NCBI GenBank assembly: GCA_036689535.1
Contig: CP144850.1
Span: 203,956-267,955 of the forward strand
Length of the DNA stretch: 64,000 nucleotides
Reading direction: 5' to 3'
Source: Candidatus Stammera capleta
GTDB lineage: Bacteria; Pseudomonadota; Gammaproteobacteria; Enterobacterales; Enterobacteriaceae
The translations under genes and the position numbers were made by a program. Positions 32,988 to 45,072 of the stretch are shown piece by piece. Positions within the stretch are counted from its first letter, which is position 1. Each line of letters starts with the position of its first letter. Under the pieces are notes generated by a model, which ran no database searches, was not told where the DNA came from, and saw nothing but the letters and a program-made list of their open reading frames with translations.

Positions 32988-33111
32988 ATATATTATGTTT
33001 ATTATAATATGAAAGACATGTAATGGAATATATAAAAATATATATATTAAAATTTAATTTTTAAATATTTTATATATTAAATGACAAAATAATATTGTAT
33101 ATAAATATTTA

Positions 33112-33134
33112 TTACTGGGTATAATACCCAGTAA
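33112..33134 (-). terminator. Perfect 11+11 nt palindrome TTACTGGGTAT-A-ATACCCAGTAA; candidate stem-loop or terminator downstream of skp
   Basis: Read directly. It is the only G/C-containing perfect inverted repeat I saw in an intergenic region. It ends 28 nt past the skp stop and lies ~125 nt upstream of the dnaE start. No clean U-tract follows it. Confidence 0.35.
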
Positions 33135-33162
33135 AAGATATATAACAAAATAACTAAAAATA

Positions 33163-33771
33163 CTAATTTACCATATTATTATTGAATTTATTATTAGAAG
33201 ATAACATATTTTCATCAAATAATTGACGATGACTTTCTGATAATAACAACTTAGACAAACTAACTATATTAGATTCTTTATTAATTAAATAAATTATATC
33301 ATCAGTAATATTAGTAATAGTATTATCACTATATATAACTACATTAGTATTTAAAACTAAATTATATTTATTTAATACATAGTTTTTTACTAAATTCTGA
33401 ATATTAGTAATTAATACATGATATGTATATAAATTATCTTGATTTAATTTATTTTCTATATCACGTATTTCATTATAAATTTTATTACGTTGTATATTTA
33501 TTGTATCTTTTGTATTTTCTATTTCTTCTTCAGTAATTAAATCTACTTTATCATTAACTTCTTTTTCTTCTTTATTAAGTTTTGCTATCTTATCATTAAA
33601 TTTTACATAATTTAAATTAATCTGTTTATTTACATCTTTTAAAAATTTTTGATATACAACAGATTGTTTTAGTACTAAATCAATATCTAATATAGCTTTC
33701 TTAGCAATACTTAAAAATGGACAAAATACAAACATAAATAAAACTATAATACGCATCAATTTATTTTTCAT
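33163..33771 (-). CDS. skp: Periplasmic chaperone Skp (OmpH family)
   Basis: Signal-peptide-like N-terminus and a Lys/Glu-rich coiled-coil body. Position immediately downstream of bamA as in E. coli. Sequence similarity is weak. Confidence 0.7.
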   Translation of the reverse strand: MKNKLMRIIVLFMFVFCPFLSIAKKAILDIDLVLKQSVVYQKFLKDVNKQINLNYVKFNDKIAKLNKEEKEVNDKVDLITEEEIENTKDTINIQRNKIYNEIRDIENKLNQDNLYTYHVLITNIQNLVKNYVLNKYNLVLNTNVVIYSDNTITNITDDIIYLINKESNIVSLSKLLLSESHRQLFDENMLSSNNKFNNNMVN

Positions 33772-33815
33772 CTTTAATAACCTAATTTAATATAAATAGT
33801 TAATATTTATTACTA

Positions 33816-36290
33816 TTAAGAATTAGTAATATGTAACTGATAAATATTTACTTTATCATGTATTTCTCTTAATACAGGTAAACCAAATGAAACATTAATT
33901 ACACCAAATGGTGTAGAAACTTTAAACACAATACCAGCAGATATTCTAAATATCTTATAAAATTGACTATACTTATGTGACTGTAAAATAGTTAGTATAT
34001 GTTCATATAATAACTGATTATTAATAATTAAACCATTATCTACAAATAAAGACAAACGATAATAATCTTTATAAAAATTACCTAATCATTTATTTAATGG
34101 AATTGATAATTCAGTATTAAAAGATCACATAATATTTCCATGAAATAATGTACTAATATGACGACAATCCCAATAAAATTTATCATTACATTTTTTATGT
34201 ATATCAGCATAATAAAAAATTGAATCTAAACTATCACGTTCAAATCCTCTTAAATAATTATGAACATATGGTGTAAAATATTCATATAAAGGTATAGTAC
34301 TATTATGATAACTTTGTATATATCCTAAAAAATTATTAAAATTTAGAACAAAAGTATCTTTTTTATTTAAAGAAAAATATTTCTGTCACGTAAATGTCAT
34401 TTGATAATATAAATTATCTGATACTAACAAAGCAATATTACCATTAAAATTTAAATAATGACCTGATACAGGAAAAATTATTTTCTTTAAATTATTAAAA
34501 GTATAATCAAAAGATAATTGTATTTGATTAATTTTATTTGATTTCAAATAAGGAATATTTACAAATTCATACTTTTTATAAGGATCATAACATAATTTCG
34601 GAGTAGAAGTAGGATCAGTTACATAACTAGGTTCTAAATTCCCTAAAACATCAATATGTTTATATTTAGATACATATCTAAAATTATAATTTGCTCCAAA
34701 AGCAATAGAGATTTTAGAATTATAATAATAAATTACTTCTTTACTCATATTTAAATTAATATCGGGATTAATATAACTATTTTTAACTAAATCATATTTA
34801 TATATTATATTAAATTTATCATTAATATCAATATTATTATAATCATATAAACCAGGATAAGATCATGAAGTATTAATAATATATCTATTATTACCTTTAG
34901 TAAAATCAAAAATTAATGTATTATCTATACCGAAAAGATTTTTTTTAAAAAAAGAAAACTTATAATTTAATAAATTATTTCTATTTAATCCTAAATTAAA
35001 AGAAAAATTACCATAATTAATTACTTCTTTTATAGTAAAAGTAATATCTACAACATTAGTGTTCTGAACATTAATTTTTTTAATTTTCAATTTAACATCT
35101 TCAACAAATCCTGTTTTTAATAAATTTTGAATACTTAAATGTACTAACGATTCATTATATGTATTACCTTCTAATAAAAGAATTTCTTTACGTAAAATAT
35201 TATCTTCCGTATAAACATTTCCTAATATCTTAATATTACGTACAGAAAATTTTTTCCCTAAATGTACATCAAATTTTAAATCTACATAAAAATCTTTTAA
35301 TTTATGATGATCAATATTAATTACTACATTTAAATAACCTTGATTCTTATAAAAAGATAATAAATTTTCATAAAAATTATGAACAAAATCTGTAGTATAA
35401 ATAATATTTGGTACAAAAAAATTTTCTTTTATTATTTTAGTTTGAGAATCAAATAAAAATAAATCATCCTGTATCGTAATATTTAATATTCTATATACTT
35501 CCCCTTCATATAAATAAATATACAAATCAATAAATTTATTATCTAATACTAATGATTTAACAACTCTTTTAATAGTAAAATCTAAATAACCTTTATTAAA
35601 ATAAAAATATTTTAATTTTTGTAAATCATTTTCAAACTCATTAACTCTATAAATACTATTTACTATAGTATTATATAAAAAATTTTTATATACTTTAGTA
35701 TATCAATTTTTAGTTAATTGTACATCATTAAACTTTTTATTACCAGATAAAATAATTTGACGTACCTTAGGTCATTTAAATTCTTTTAATATCACTTGTA
35801 AAATAATATTTTTATCTTTTAATGATATAAAGTTAAAATCAATCTTTACATCTATACCCTCTTTTTGATATCTAGTATAAAGATAATTTTTCATCATTAA
35901 TAAATTATATGTATTTAACATATATTTTTTTTTAATATTAAATTTATTAAATATATCTATTAAAGTTTTATTATCAATATATTTATTATTAATAAATTGA
36001 ATATCTGATATATTATCATTATATATTAATGAAAAATATAATTTATCTTTTATATAAGATCATTGAATGTCTTTAAAATTACCAGTATTATATAAATATT
36101 CTACTAATAAAGAAATATCTTTTTTATCTATCACATTACCAAATTTATCTAGTAATAAATGTGTATAGTAAATTTGATCAATTTTATTATTAAGTCCTAT
36201 TAATGATATAGTACGTATGTTAATATCATTACTAGCGAATATTTTTATATTAAATAGTAATATTATTACTATTAGCAATAGTTTATTCAT
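33816..36290 (-). CDS. bamA: Outer-membrane protein assembly factor BamA (824 aa)
   Basis: Four ORF-track pieces in one frame joined by TGA. Signal peptide, POTRA-like repeats and a beta-barrel C-terminal half. rseP-bamA-skp order is conserved. Confidence 0.88.
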
Positions 36291-36305
36291 ATTATTTATA
36301 TATAT

Positions 36306-37703
36306 TTAATATTTATTAAAATCTTTACTATAATTAAAAAATAAAATTCATATACCTACTATTATATCTTTATATAATACATATAAAAAGGTTATAAATA
36401 ATAATGCTATACCAAAATATGTATATATATATTCTATTATAGAATTATTAATCCTAGTTAAAAAACGTATTAATAATACAACTACATTTCCACCATCTAA
36501 TGGCATTATTGGTAATAAATTACATACAAATAAATTAATACTAAATATACTAATTAATAATATATAACGTAAAAATTCATATTTACTTAAAATAGTACGA
36601 AAAATATTAAAAAGAGCAACTGGACCAGTAAGCTGTTTTAAATTACGTATACGTCCTGTAAATAATGCAAATAAATGAACATAAATATATTTAATTAAAA
36701 AAAATATTTTATTAAAAGTATATTTAAATGATAATCAATAACCAATTTTACTAAAATATAAATAATCTCTTTGTATTTTTGTAAAATATTTATTAATATT
36801 ATTATTTTTAATTAATAATGTATAAATATCTTCATATTTCATTTTTTTTACAAGACATTTACTATTCCTAATAATATGCAAAGTAATATACTTATCTTTA
36901 TAAAAATCTTTATCTTTTAATAAATTAACAAAATTATTATATTTACTCACTAAATTATTATTAATCATATAAATTTGATCATTATTTACCAACAAAGATA
37001 AAAATTTATTACTAACATGAGGTAAAATATTTTTTACTAATAATATAGTATATATAAAAGAATTATTAATAAATGAAGAAAAATCTTTTATAAATTTAGA
37101 TCTGGGGACCATATATTCAAAGATTTCATTAGTATTGAGATCTTTCATCATTAATAATAATTGTTCATCATGAATATTATTCAATATATATTGTATATCA
37201 ATATTATTAATAACATTATAATTATTAATACTTAATAAATGATAATTACGAACACTAAAATTATTATTTTGAATATTATTATAATTATAATTTATCTTTT
37301 CTAATATAGGAGGTGTAATAGGATTACCAATATTAAATATAATAAAATATATTAATATAGATAATAATAAATTCATTATAGGACCAGATACTATAATAAA
37401 TAATCTCGTTAAAAAAAAAATTATTTTTTCTTTATTAAAAATTGACTGTTGTAATTTAAAAGGATAAGATAAATAATCTATATTAGATTCTACATAACCT
37501 CCTAAAGGAAATAACCTTAATTGATAATTTGTATCACCTAAATAAATATTATATAATAACGGACCCATTCCTATAACAAATGAAGTAATAGGTATTCCTA
37601 TAATTTTCATTGCTATTAAATGTCCTAATTCATGAAATATAATTATTAACATAATAGTTAATATTACTATTCCTGAAATTAACATATTTTTTAAAATATA
37701 CAT
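36306..37703 (-). CDS. rseP: Site-2 zinc metalloprotease RseP
   Basis: HELGH motif in TM1 and a C-terminal LLPIMPLDGG motif found after reading through the TGA at 36735. Its 465 aa compares with 450 aa in E. coli. Confidence 0.88.
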
Positions 37704-38016
37704 ATATTTTTATATTTATATATAATGTATATATATAAATCCCAATATAAAATATTAATTAATAATATTATTAATTATAACTTTTATCTTTAATACAATA
37801 TATTAATTCTTAATTATATAATTCATAAAATACTTAATATTTAATAACAATACATTGTATAATCAAAATATATTTATACATATAGACATATATTTCTATA
37901 TAATATAGATAATTTAAATTATATTTTTATATATTAAATTAAAATAATTTCAAAAAATCTTTTAATCATAATATTATACAAATATACAAACATATATTTT
38001 TTATAAATAAAAAAAA

Positions 38017-38565
38017 TTAATATTCATTTTTCTTACTTAGAAAAAGTTTCTGAATAATATTAATATATTTGTTAGTCAATATCTGTAATTCTTTATTCCA
38101 TTTAATTTGTAAATCTTTACTTATTCTTTTTTTTCGATAAAAATTATCTATTTTATGTTTATAAAACTGTCTAATATGTCTAATAGATATTTTATATAAT
38201 TCAGTTTTCTTTAAAATAAGTTTTAAAATTTTTTTTTTATCTTCTTCTGTTAAAGGTGATAAAGATACTAAAATATCTGTATGTTTAATAATGGGATTAA
38301 AACCTAAATTTGCTTTAATTATAGTATTTACAACTATTTGTATTAAAGTTATATCAAATAAAGATATTTTAAAAACATGAAAATTATCTTTAGTAATCTT
38401 AGCAAGATTTTTTAATAAATAATTTTTATTATATACATTTACCAATATATTAGATATAATATTAATATTTAAAAAATTAGTACGATATTTATATATAATA
38501 TTTTTATATACATCAACACATTTTAACATTTTATTATTAATATTATTAATATTAATTATACACAT
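38017..38565 (-). CDS. frr: Ribosome recycling factor
   Basis: Collinear with E. coli Frr: MLKCVDVYKNII..YRT, LGFNP, SLSPLTEEDKKK. Confidence 0.9.
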   Translation of the reverse strand: MCIININNINNKMLKCVDVYKNIIYKYRTNFLNINIISNILVNVYNKNYLLKNLAKITKDNFHVFKISLFDITLIQIVVNTIIKANLGFNPIIKHTDILVSLSPLTEEDKKKILKLILKKTELYKISIRHIRQFYKHKIDNFYRKKRISKDLQIKWNKELQILTNKYINIIQKLFLSKKNEY

Positions 38566-38676
38566 AATTACATATCCTAATATTCATTATTTTTACTAAA
38601 TCATTATATTTAACAGAAAAAATCTTATCGATATTTAAATAATATATATTATTTAAAATAGTATAAATAAAAAATA

Positions 38677-40248
38677 TTATTTATCATCTAAAAAACTACG
38701 TAATATTCCAGATCTACTAGGATGACGTAATTTACGTAGAGCTTTAGCTTCTATTTGTCTAATACGTTCTCTAGTAACATCAAATTGTTTACCAACTTCT
38801 TCTAATGTATGATCACTATTCATATTAATACCAAAACGCATACGTAACACTTGAGCTTCCCTTGGAGTTAAACTAGATAAAATATTTTTAGTAACATAAC
38901 GTAAATTATCTATTGTAGCTGATTCTAATGGTAATTCTAAAGAAGAATCCTCAATAAAATCACCTAAATATAAATCTTCATCTTCACTCACTGGTGTTTC
39001 TAAAGAAATTGGTTCTTTTGCTATTTTTAATATTTTACGTATTTTATCTTCTGGTATTAACATACGTTCAGATAATTCTTCAGACGTAGGTTCTCTTCCT
39101 AATTCTTGTACTATTTGTCTTGATATTTTATTTACTTTATTAATAGTTTCTATCATATGTACTGGTATACGTATAGTACGTGCTTGATCAGCTATAGATC
39201 TAGTTATAGCCTGACGTATCCATCAAGTAGCATATGTAGAAAATTTATAACCTCGTCTATATTCAAATTTATCAACTGCTTTCATTAAACCTATATTCCC
39301 TTCTTGAATTAAATCTAAAAATTGTAATCCTCTATTAGTATATTTTTTTGCTATTGATATTACTAATCTTAAATTAGCTTCTACCATAGTTGCTTTGGAT
39401 AAATGTATTTTTTTCTCATTTAAAAGAATATATTTTTTTAAATGTTTAAACAAACATATTTTATACCCTATATAATTTTCAATTTTTTTTAAAAACATGA
39501 ATTTAATTTTTAATAATTTAATTTGCTTAACTAAATTAGATGATCATAATCTTATATTACTATTAATAATATTAAATATTAATTTCATATTAATTAAATT
39601 ATTATGTATATAAAAATGTTTTTTAGATATCAATAAATTTTTAATACATATGTATTTTATATCTTTTTCAGTAATATCAATTAAATAAATAATTCTTTTT
39701 ACTTTTAATAATAATAAATCTAATTGTTTTGGAGATAACTTAAAACACATAAAAATACTAACTAATTGATACAATTCATATTTTGTATATGGATGTTTAT
39801 AAGTATATTCCTGTAATGAATGAATAAACCTATTATATTGATACAATAACTTATCAAACTTCTGATTAATATAATACACAGCAATCTGATTATTATCTAA
39901 TGTAATATTTTTATATATTTGATTAATATCCAAAAAATATTCAACATTATGTAAAAAAAAACATTTTCTACCATTATTATAATTAATAATACCACTAATT
40001 AAATCACATAAACGTAATTTACCATTTTTAACTAAAACATATCTATTTAAAAAACATTTAATTAAAATATATAATTTAGATAATGATAATTGAGTTTCTC
40101 TAATATAATTTTCAATTTGTTTAGCTATAGATATTTCATCAAATTTAGTTAATAAATTTACAGTACCCATTTCTTTTAAATACATACGTACTGGATCATT
40201 TCCTTTACTCAAACTATTTCCTATTTTAGATAAAACTTTTTTTATCAT
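38677..40248 (-). CDS. rpoD: RNA polymerase sigma-70 factor RpoD, lacking region 1.1 (523 aa)
   Basis: Three pieces in one frame. It starts near [13 protein letters not shown] (region 1.2). Regions 2-4 are almost identical to E. coli ([77 protein letters not shown]). Confidence 0.96.
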
Positions 40249-40388
40249 TGTTAACCATTTAGTAAATAATACTAATATTAAATAAATTAAAATTATTTAA
40301 TAATATTCTTATTAAGAAATATCCATAATATTCATTAATAATATTAAATTTATATATTATATATATAAAAAATATATTTAATAAAATA

Positions 40389-42161
40389 TTATTTATAATA
40401 ATATTTATGCAAAGACAAATTTTTAATTTTTAATAAAGATCACAATTGTTTTTGTTCTATACTATTTAAATCTCTATTTTTATTAATCATAATAATTTTA
40501 TCAATTTGTTTATTAATAAAAAATATTTTTAATTTTACTAACATTTCTAAAAATACTAATTTTTGATTATTTTCTATAAAAATAAAATTATGAGTAAATA
40601 ATTTGTATAAATAACATTTAATTCTTTTTTTATGAAATTTTTCAATAATTAATACTGATGTAACATGTTTATATTTTAAACAAATATTAACAATATCAAT
40701 AAATAATAATATACATATATGTCAATATATCCCTTCATAGCTATCTAAATTAACATATTTACTAAAATATGGATTAATTAAAATTAAATAAATTAAACTA
40801 CGAAAAAAATGAAATTGTCTCTGTATCAAACATTTATTAATCTTTTTAGAAAATATAAACTGTAAATTATAAAAATTTTTTTGATAATAATGTATAAGCT
40901 TATTCTGTAACTCAATTTTTAAAAATATTTTAATTATACGTGATTTAATCAAAGAAATAAAAGTAAATAATTTACTAGTTAATAAAATTTTTTTCTGATA
41001 TGGTAAATAAGATACACCTATGTTATACAACATAAACAATACTTCATAAATAGAACGAGCATGTTCTATTCTAGATAAAAATTTTTCTTTACCTTCTTTA
41101 CGTATTAAAGTATCAGGATCTTCATCAACTGGTAAAAACACAAAAAAGGAACATTTATTTTCTGTCATATAAGGTAATATCTTTCTTAAAGATGCTTTAA
41201 TAGCTAACTGTCCAGTTTTATCACCATCATAACAAAAAATAATTTTATTTGTATATTTAAATAATATTTGAATCTGTACATCATGCACAGATGTACCTAA
41301 TAACCCTACAGTATAATTAAAACCATATGTATGTAGAACTATTACATCAATATATCCTTCTACAACTAAAATTTGCTTTAATCTATTGTATTTATGTATT
41401 ACATAATATAAACCATATAGATACTGTTTTTTATGATAATACAAATTATTCATAGAATTAATATATTTATTATTATTACTACTATATAAAACTCTACCTC
41501 CGAAAGCTACAACATTACCATGTATATCATGAATAGGAAAAATAATTCTATTAATAAATCTATCACAAATGATATTATATTGATTTTTATTAACTATACC
41601 TAATTTTAATCATATATTTATATTATGAAATTTTATATAATGATTTATGAATTTAGTAACTAAAGGCATATAAGAAAAACCAATAGAAAATTTCATAATT
41701 CAATATAGAGTTATACCCCTTTTAAATAAAAATTTCCTTACAAAAGATAAATTTTTTTGATATAACAGAGTATTAGTATATAATGTATTATATCTTTTCA
41801 TAAAAATAAAATATTTATTCTGAAAACTACTTATAGTACAAAAAAAATTTCTTTTATTTTCTGTTGTATACTCAACTGATATATTTAAAATATTTGCTAT
41901 TTCATAAATACTATCTACAAAATTTAAATGACAATATTTCATAATAAAATCAATACTATTACCACTAATTTTACATCCAAAACAATAAAAATATTTTAAC
42001 TCTTTATTCACAATAAAAGAAGGATTATGATCTTCATGAAAAGGACAACATGCTTTATAAAATTTACCTATTTTCTTTAAAGAAATTTTAGAAGAAATAA
42101 TTTTAACAAGATCACTATCTTGTACTAAACGTTTAATAAATATTTTTGATATATATTTCAT
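40389..42161 (-). CDS. dnaG: DNA primase
   Basis: Zn-ribbon CCPFHEDHNPSF..YFYCFGC, TOPRIM motifs VVEGYIDV and DGDKTG. One frame through TGA codons. The start at 42161 (MKYISKIF) is preferred over 42176. Confidence 0.92.
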
Positions 42162-42213
42162 ATATAGACTAAACAAATATATTATTTATAATATAAAAAT
42201 ATTCCTAAGTACT

Positions 42214-42426
42214 TTATCTATAATAATGTTTTATTTTATCACGTGCTATTTTTTTACAATGTCTTTTAACTGCTGAAATTTTCGCTCTTTTACGAATAGT
42301 AGTAGGTTTTTCATAAAATTCACGTTTACGTACTTCAGTTAATATACCAGATTTTTCACACAAACGTTTAAATCTACGTAATGCTATTTCAAAAGATTCA
42401 TTATTTTTTATTTTTATATTAGGCAT
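42214..42426 (-). CDS. rpsU: Ribosomal protein S21
   Basis: [35 protein letters not shown] is near-identical to E. coli S21. Confidence 0.96.
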   Translation of the reverse strand: MPNIKIKNNESFEIALRRFKRLCEKSGILTEVRKREFYEKPTTIRKRAKISAVKRHCKKIARDKIKHYYR

Positions 42427-42437
42427 ACTACTAACAT

Positions 42438-42443
42438 CTCCTT
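42438..42443 (-). promoter_or_regulatory. Shine-Dalgarno sequence AAGGAG for rpsU
   Basis: AAGGAG lies 11 nt upstream of the rpsU ATG on the minus strand. Confidence 0.5.
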
Positions 42444-42507
42444 AAATAAAACAATATTTTTTTTATATATATATTATATATCAAAAATTTTTCATATATA
42501 AAATAAT

Positions 42508-43521
42508 ATGTTAATCTTAGCTATAGATACATCTTGTGATGAAACTGCAATTAGTATATATAATACTTTAACAAAAATATTTACTAATAAAATTTATAAT
42601 CAAATAAAAATACATGAAAAAACCGGTGGTATTATACCTCAGAAAGCTACATACTATCATTATATAAATATCATTCCTTTAATAAAAACATTACTCAATA
42701 AAAATAATTTATCTATAAAAAATATCCAATTAATTGCTTATACTGCTGGACCAGGTTTAGCTAATTCATTATTAATAGGAGCTACAACAGCAATTAGTTT
42801 ATCTTATTTGTATAAAATTCCTTACATAGCTATTAATCATCTAGAAGGACATATTTTATCAGTCATGTTAAATAAAAAAAAACCTAATTTCCCTTTTATT
42901 TCTTTATTAATATCTGGAGCTAATACATTATTAATTTTAGTAAAAAATTTTAATAAATATAAAATTTTAGGTAAATCTCTAGATGACTCTATTGGTGAAA
43001 TATTAGATAAAATTTCTTCTTTAATGAAATTAGGTTTACCTGGTGGTAAACAAATCTCACAAACTGCTAAATTAGGACAAAAATATTTTATTTTTCCTAA
43101 ACCTATGTATAATCAAAATAATCTTAATTTCAGTTTTTCTGGACTTAAAACACATATAACTAACTTATGATATAAACTAAAAAAAAAAATAAATATTAAT
43201 ACATTAAAACAAAATATTTCATATACTTTAGAAAGAACTATATACCAAATTTTAATCAAAAAAACTAAAAAAGCACTAAACCAATACAAAATCAAAACAT
43301 TATCTTTAGTAGGTGGAGTTAGTGCAAACAAAACATTACAAAAAAAAATATCAGCATGAACAAAAAGACATAACATACAATTATATACATTACCTACTAA
43401 ATGATGTACAGATAATGCGGATATGATAGCTTATACTAGTTGAATTATATTCAACAAAAAAAAGTTTATAAAAAATAATTGAGTTATTAAAACAAATCAT
43501 AAATTACCATTAAACACATAA
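42508..43521 (+). CDS. tsaD: tRNA t6A37 threonylcarbamoyltransferase TsaD
   Basis: ILAIDTSCDETAISIY, AYTAGPGL, INHLEGH, GGVSAN, CTDNADMIAY. Divergent from rpsU as in E. coli. Confidence 0.93.
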
Positions 43522-43533
43522 ATATTTTCGATA

Positions 43534-44730
43534 TTAACTAAATATTTTTTTCATAAATAATTCTAAAGATTTTATACGTAAATATCTCATGTGCTGAGCA
43601 ATATATTTACCTTGATATCCTAATTTAATTACATCATCACTTATAATTTGACATGTATTTTGATAAAAAATTAACAAATAATGATCTAAAATTTTTAATA
43701 ACATTTTATTTTTAAATGGAATAAAAAACATTACTTTCAAAAATAATAAAAATTTATTTAAGAAAAAAGAATGTCTTCACACATTCATAATATGAAATAT
43801 ATCCATAATTAATATAGTTATTTTTTGTTTCCTATCATAAAAATATATAAGATATAATATATTAATTATCACTTTATATAATATATAAAATTTCTTAGTA
43901 ATATTAAATCTTTTACAAAATAAATGAACTAATTTTAATAAATAATTTTTATTTAAAAAAAATTCATGTACTAAAAAAGTTTTATAAAAAAACAAACATA
44001 AAAAAACAAAACGTAAATCTAAAGTTAAATTCATACTAACAATAATTTTAAAAATTTTTTTAAAATAATGACATATATATGTAGAATCAAAAATATCAAT
44101 AAGTTCTGGAAAACTAATATTTAATGCTCCACATTTATATAAAATTAAAAAATAAAAACTAGGTGCAGTAGAATTAAGACCTTTTACTGTTTCTTTCCAA
44201 ATCCTTTCAGGTATTATATATAATAATTCACCAGAACGAACTATTCACATAAGTAATTTAAAAGTATTATCATCAATAACAAATTTTAAATTATAAAAAC
44301 GAGAATATAATTGAGCTACTCTAAAAATACGTAATGGATCATCTATAAAATTAAAAGATACATGTTTAATTAATCTATTATTTAAATCTTGTATACCATT
44401 ATAAGGATCATATATCTTACCATATAAATCTATAGCAATAGCATTAATAGTTAAATCTCTTCTAAATAAATCTTCTTCTAAGGTAACAGACACAGAACTA
44501 TCACAAATAAAACCACAATATCCTTTACCATTTTTAATTTCTGTACGTGCTAAAGCATACTCTTCATTAGTTTTAGGGTGTAAAAATACTGGAAAAGAAT
44601 TACCAACTTGTCTATAACCTAAAGATAACATCTCATTTATAGTAGACCCTACTACTAATCAATCTTTATCACGTACTTTTAATCCTAATAATTTATCTCT
44701 TACTGCTCCTCCTACTAAATAAATTTTCAT
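43534..44730 (-). CDS. cca: tRNA nucleotidyltransferase (CCA-adding enzyme)
   Basis: [59 protein letters not shown]. The C-terminal HD-domain region is degenerate (LCLFFYK where E. coli has LCHDLGK). Confidence 0.9.
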
Positions 44731-44811
44731 AACAATCTCTAAATTATTAATTTTAGTTGATATATAATTTAGCTATTTATTCCTACTATTATAGTAAAAT
44801 ATAATAAAATA

Positions 44812-45000
44812 TTAAGTTATATGAAACATATGTAATATATCATTACTTAACAATCCTTGACGTATTTCTTTCAAAGCTTGTATAATAGGTTTATTTATAT
44901 ATTTTTTATCTATTAATATATTATTCAATTCAAATTGAATTTGACGAGCTCTATAAGCTGCTATTAATACTAGATGGAATCTACTTTCTATATTATTCAA
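44812..45000 (-). CDS. rpoZ: RNA polymerase omega subunit
   Basis: SRFHLVLIAAYRARQIQ..ALKEIRQGLL matches E. coli NRFDLVLVAARRARQMQ..ALREIEEGLI. Confidence 0.85.
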   Translation of the reverse strand: MNNIESRFHLVLIAAYRARQIQFELNNILIDKKYINKPIIQALKEIRQGLLSNDILHMFHIT

Positions 45001-45072
45001 TATTATTATATTAAATTTATATTTAAAATTTTAATAATTTAAATAAAATATTCTTTAAAAATTTTATTTAAA

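Noticed and set aside
43113-43376. An 87-aa minus-strand ORF.
   Set aside because: It is antisense to tsaD.
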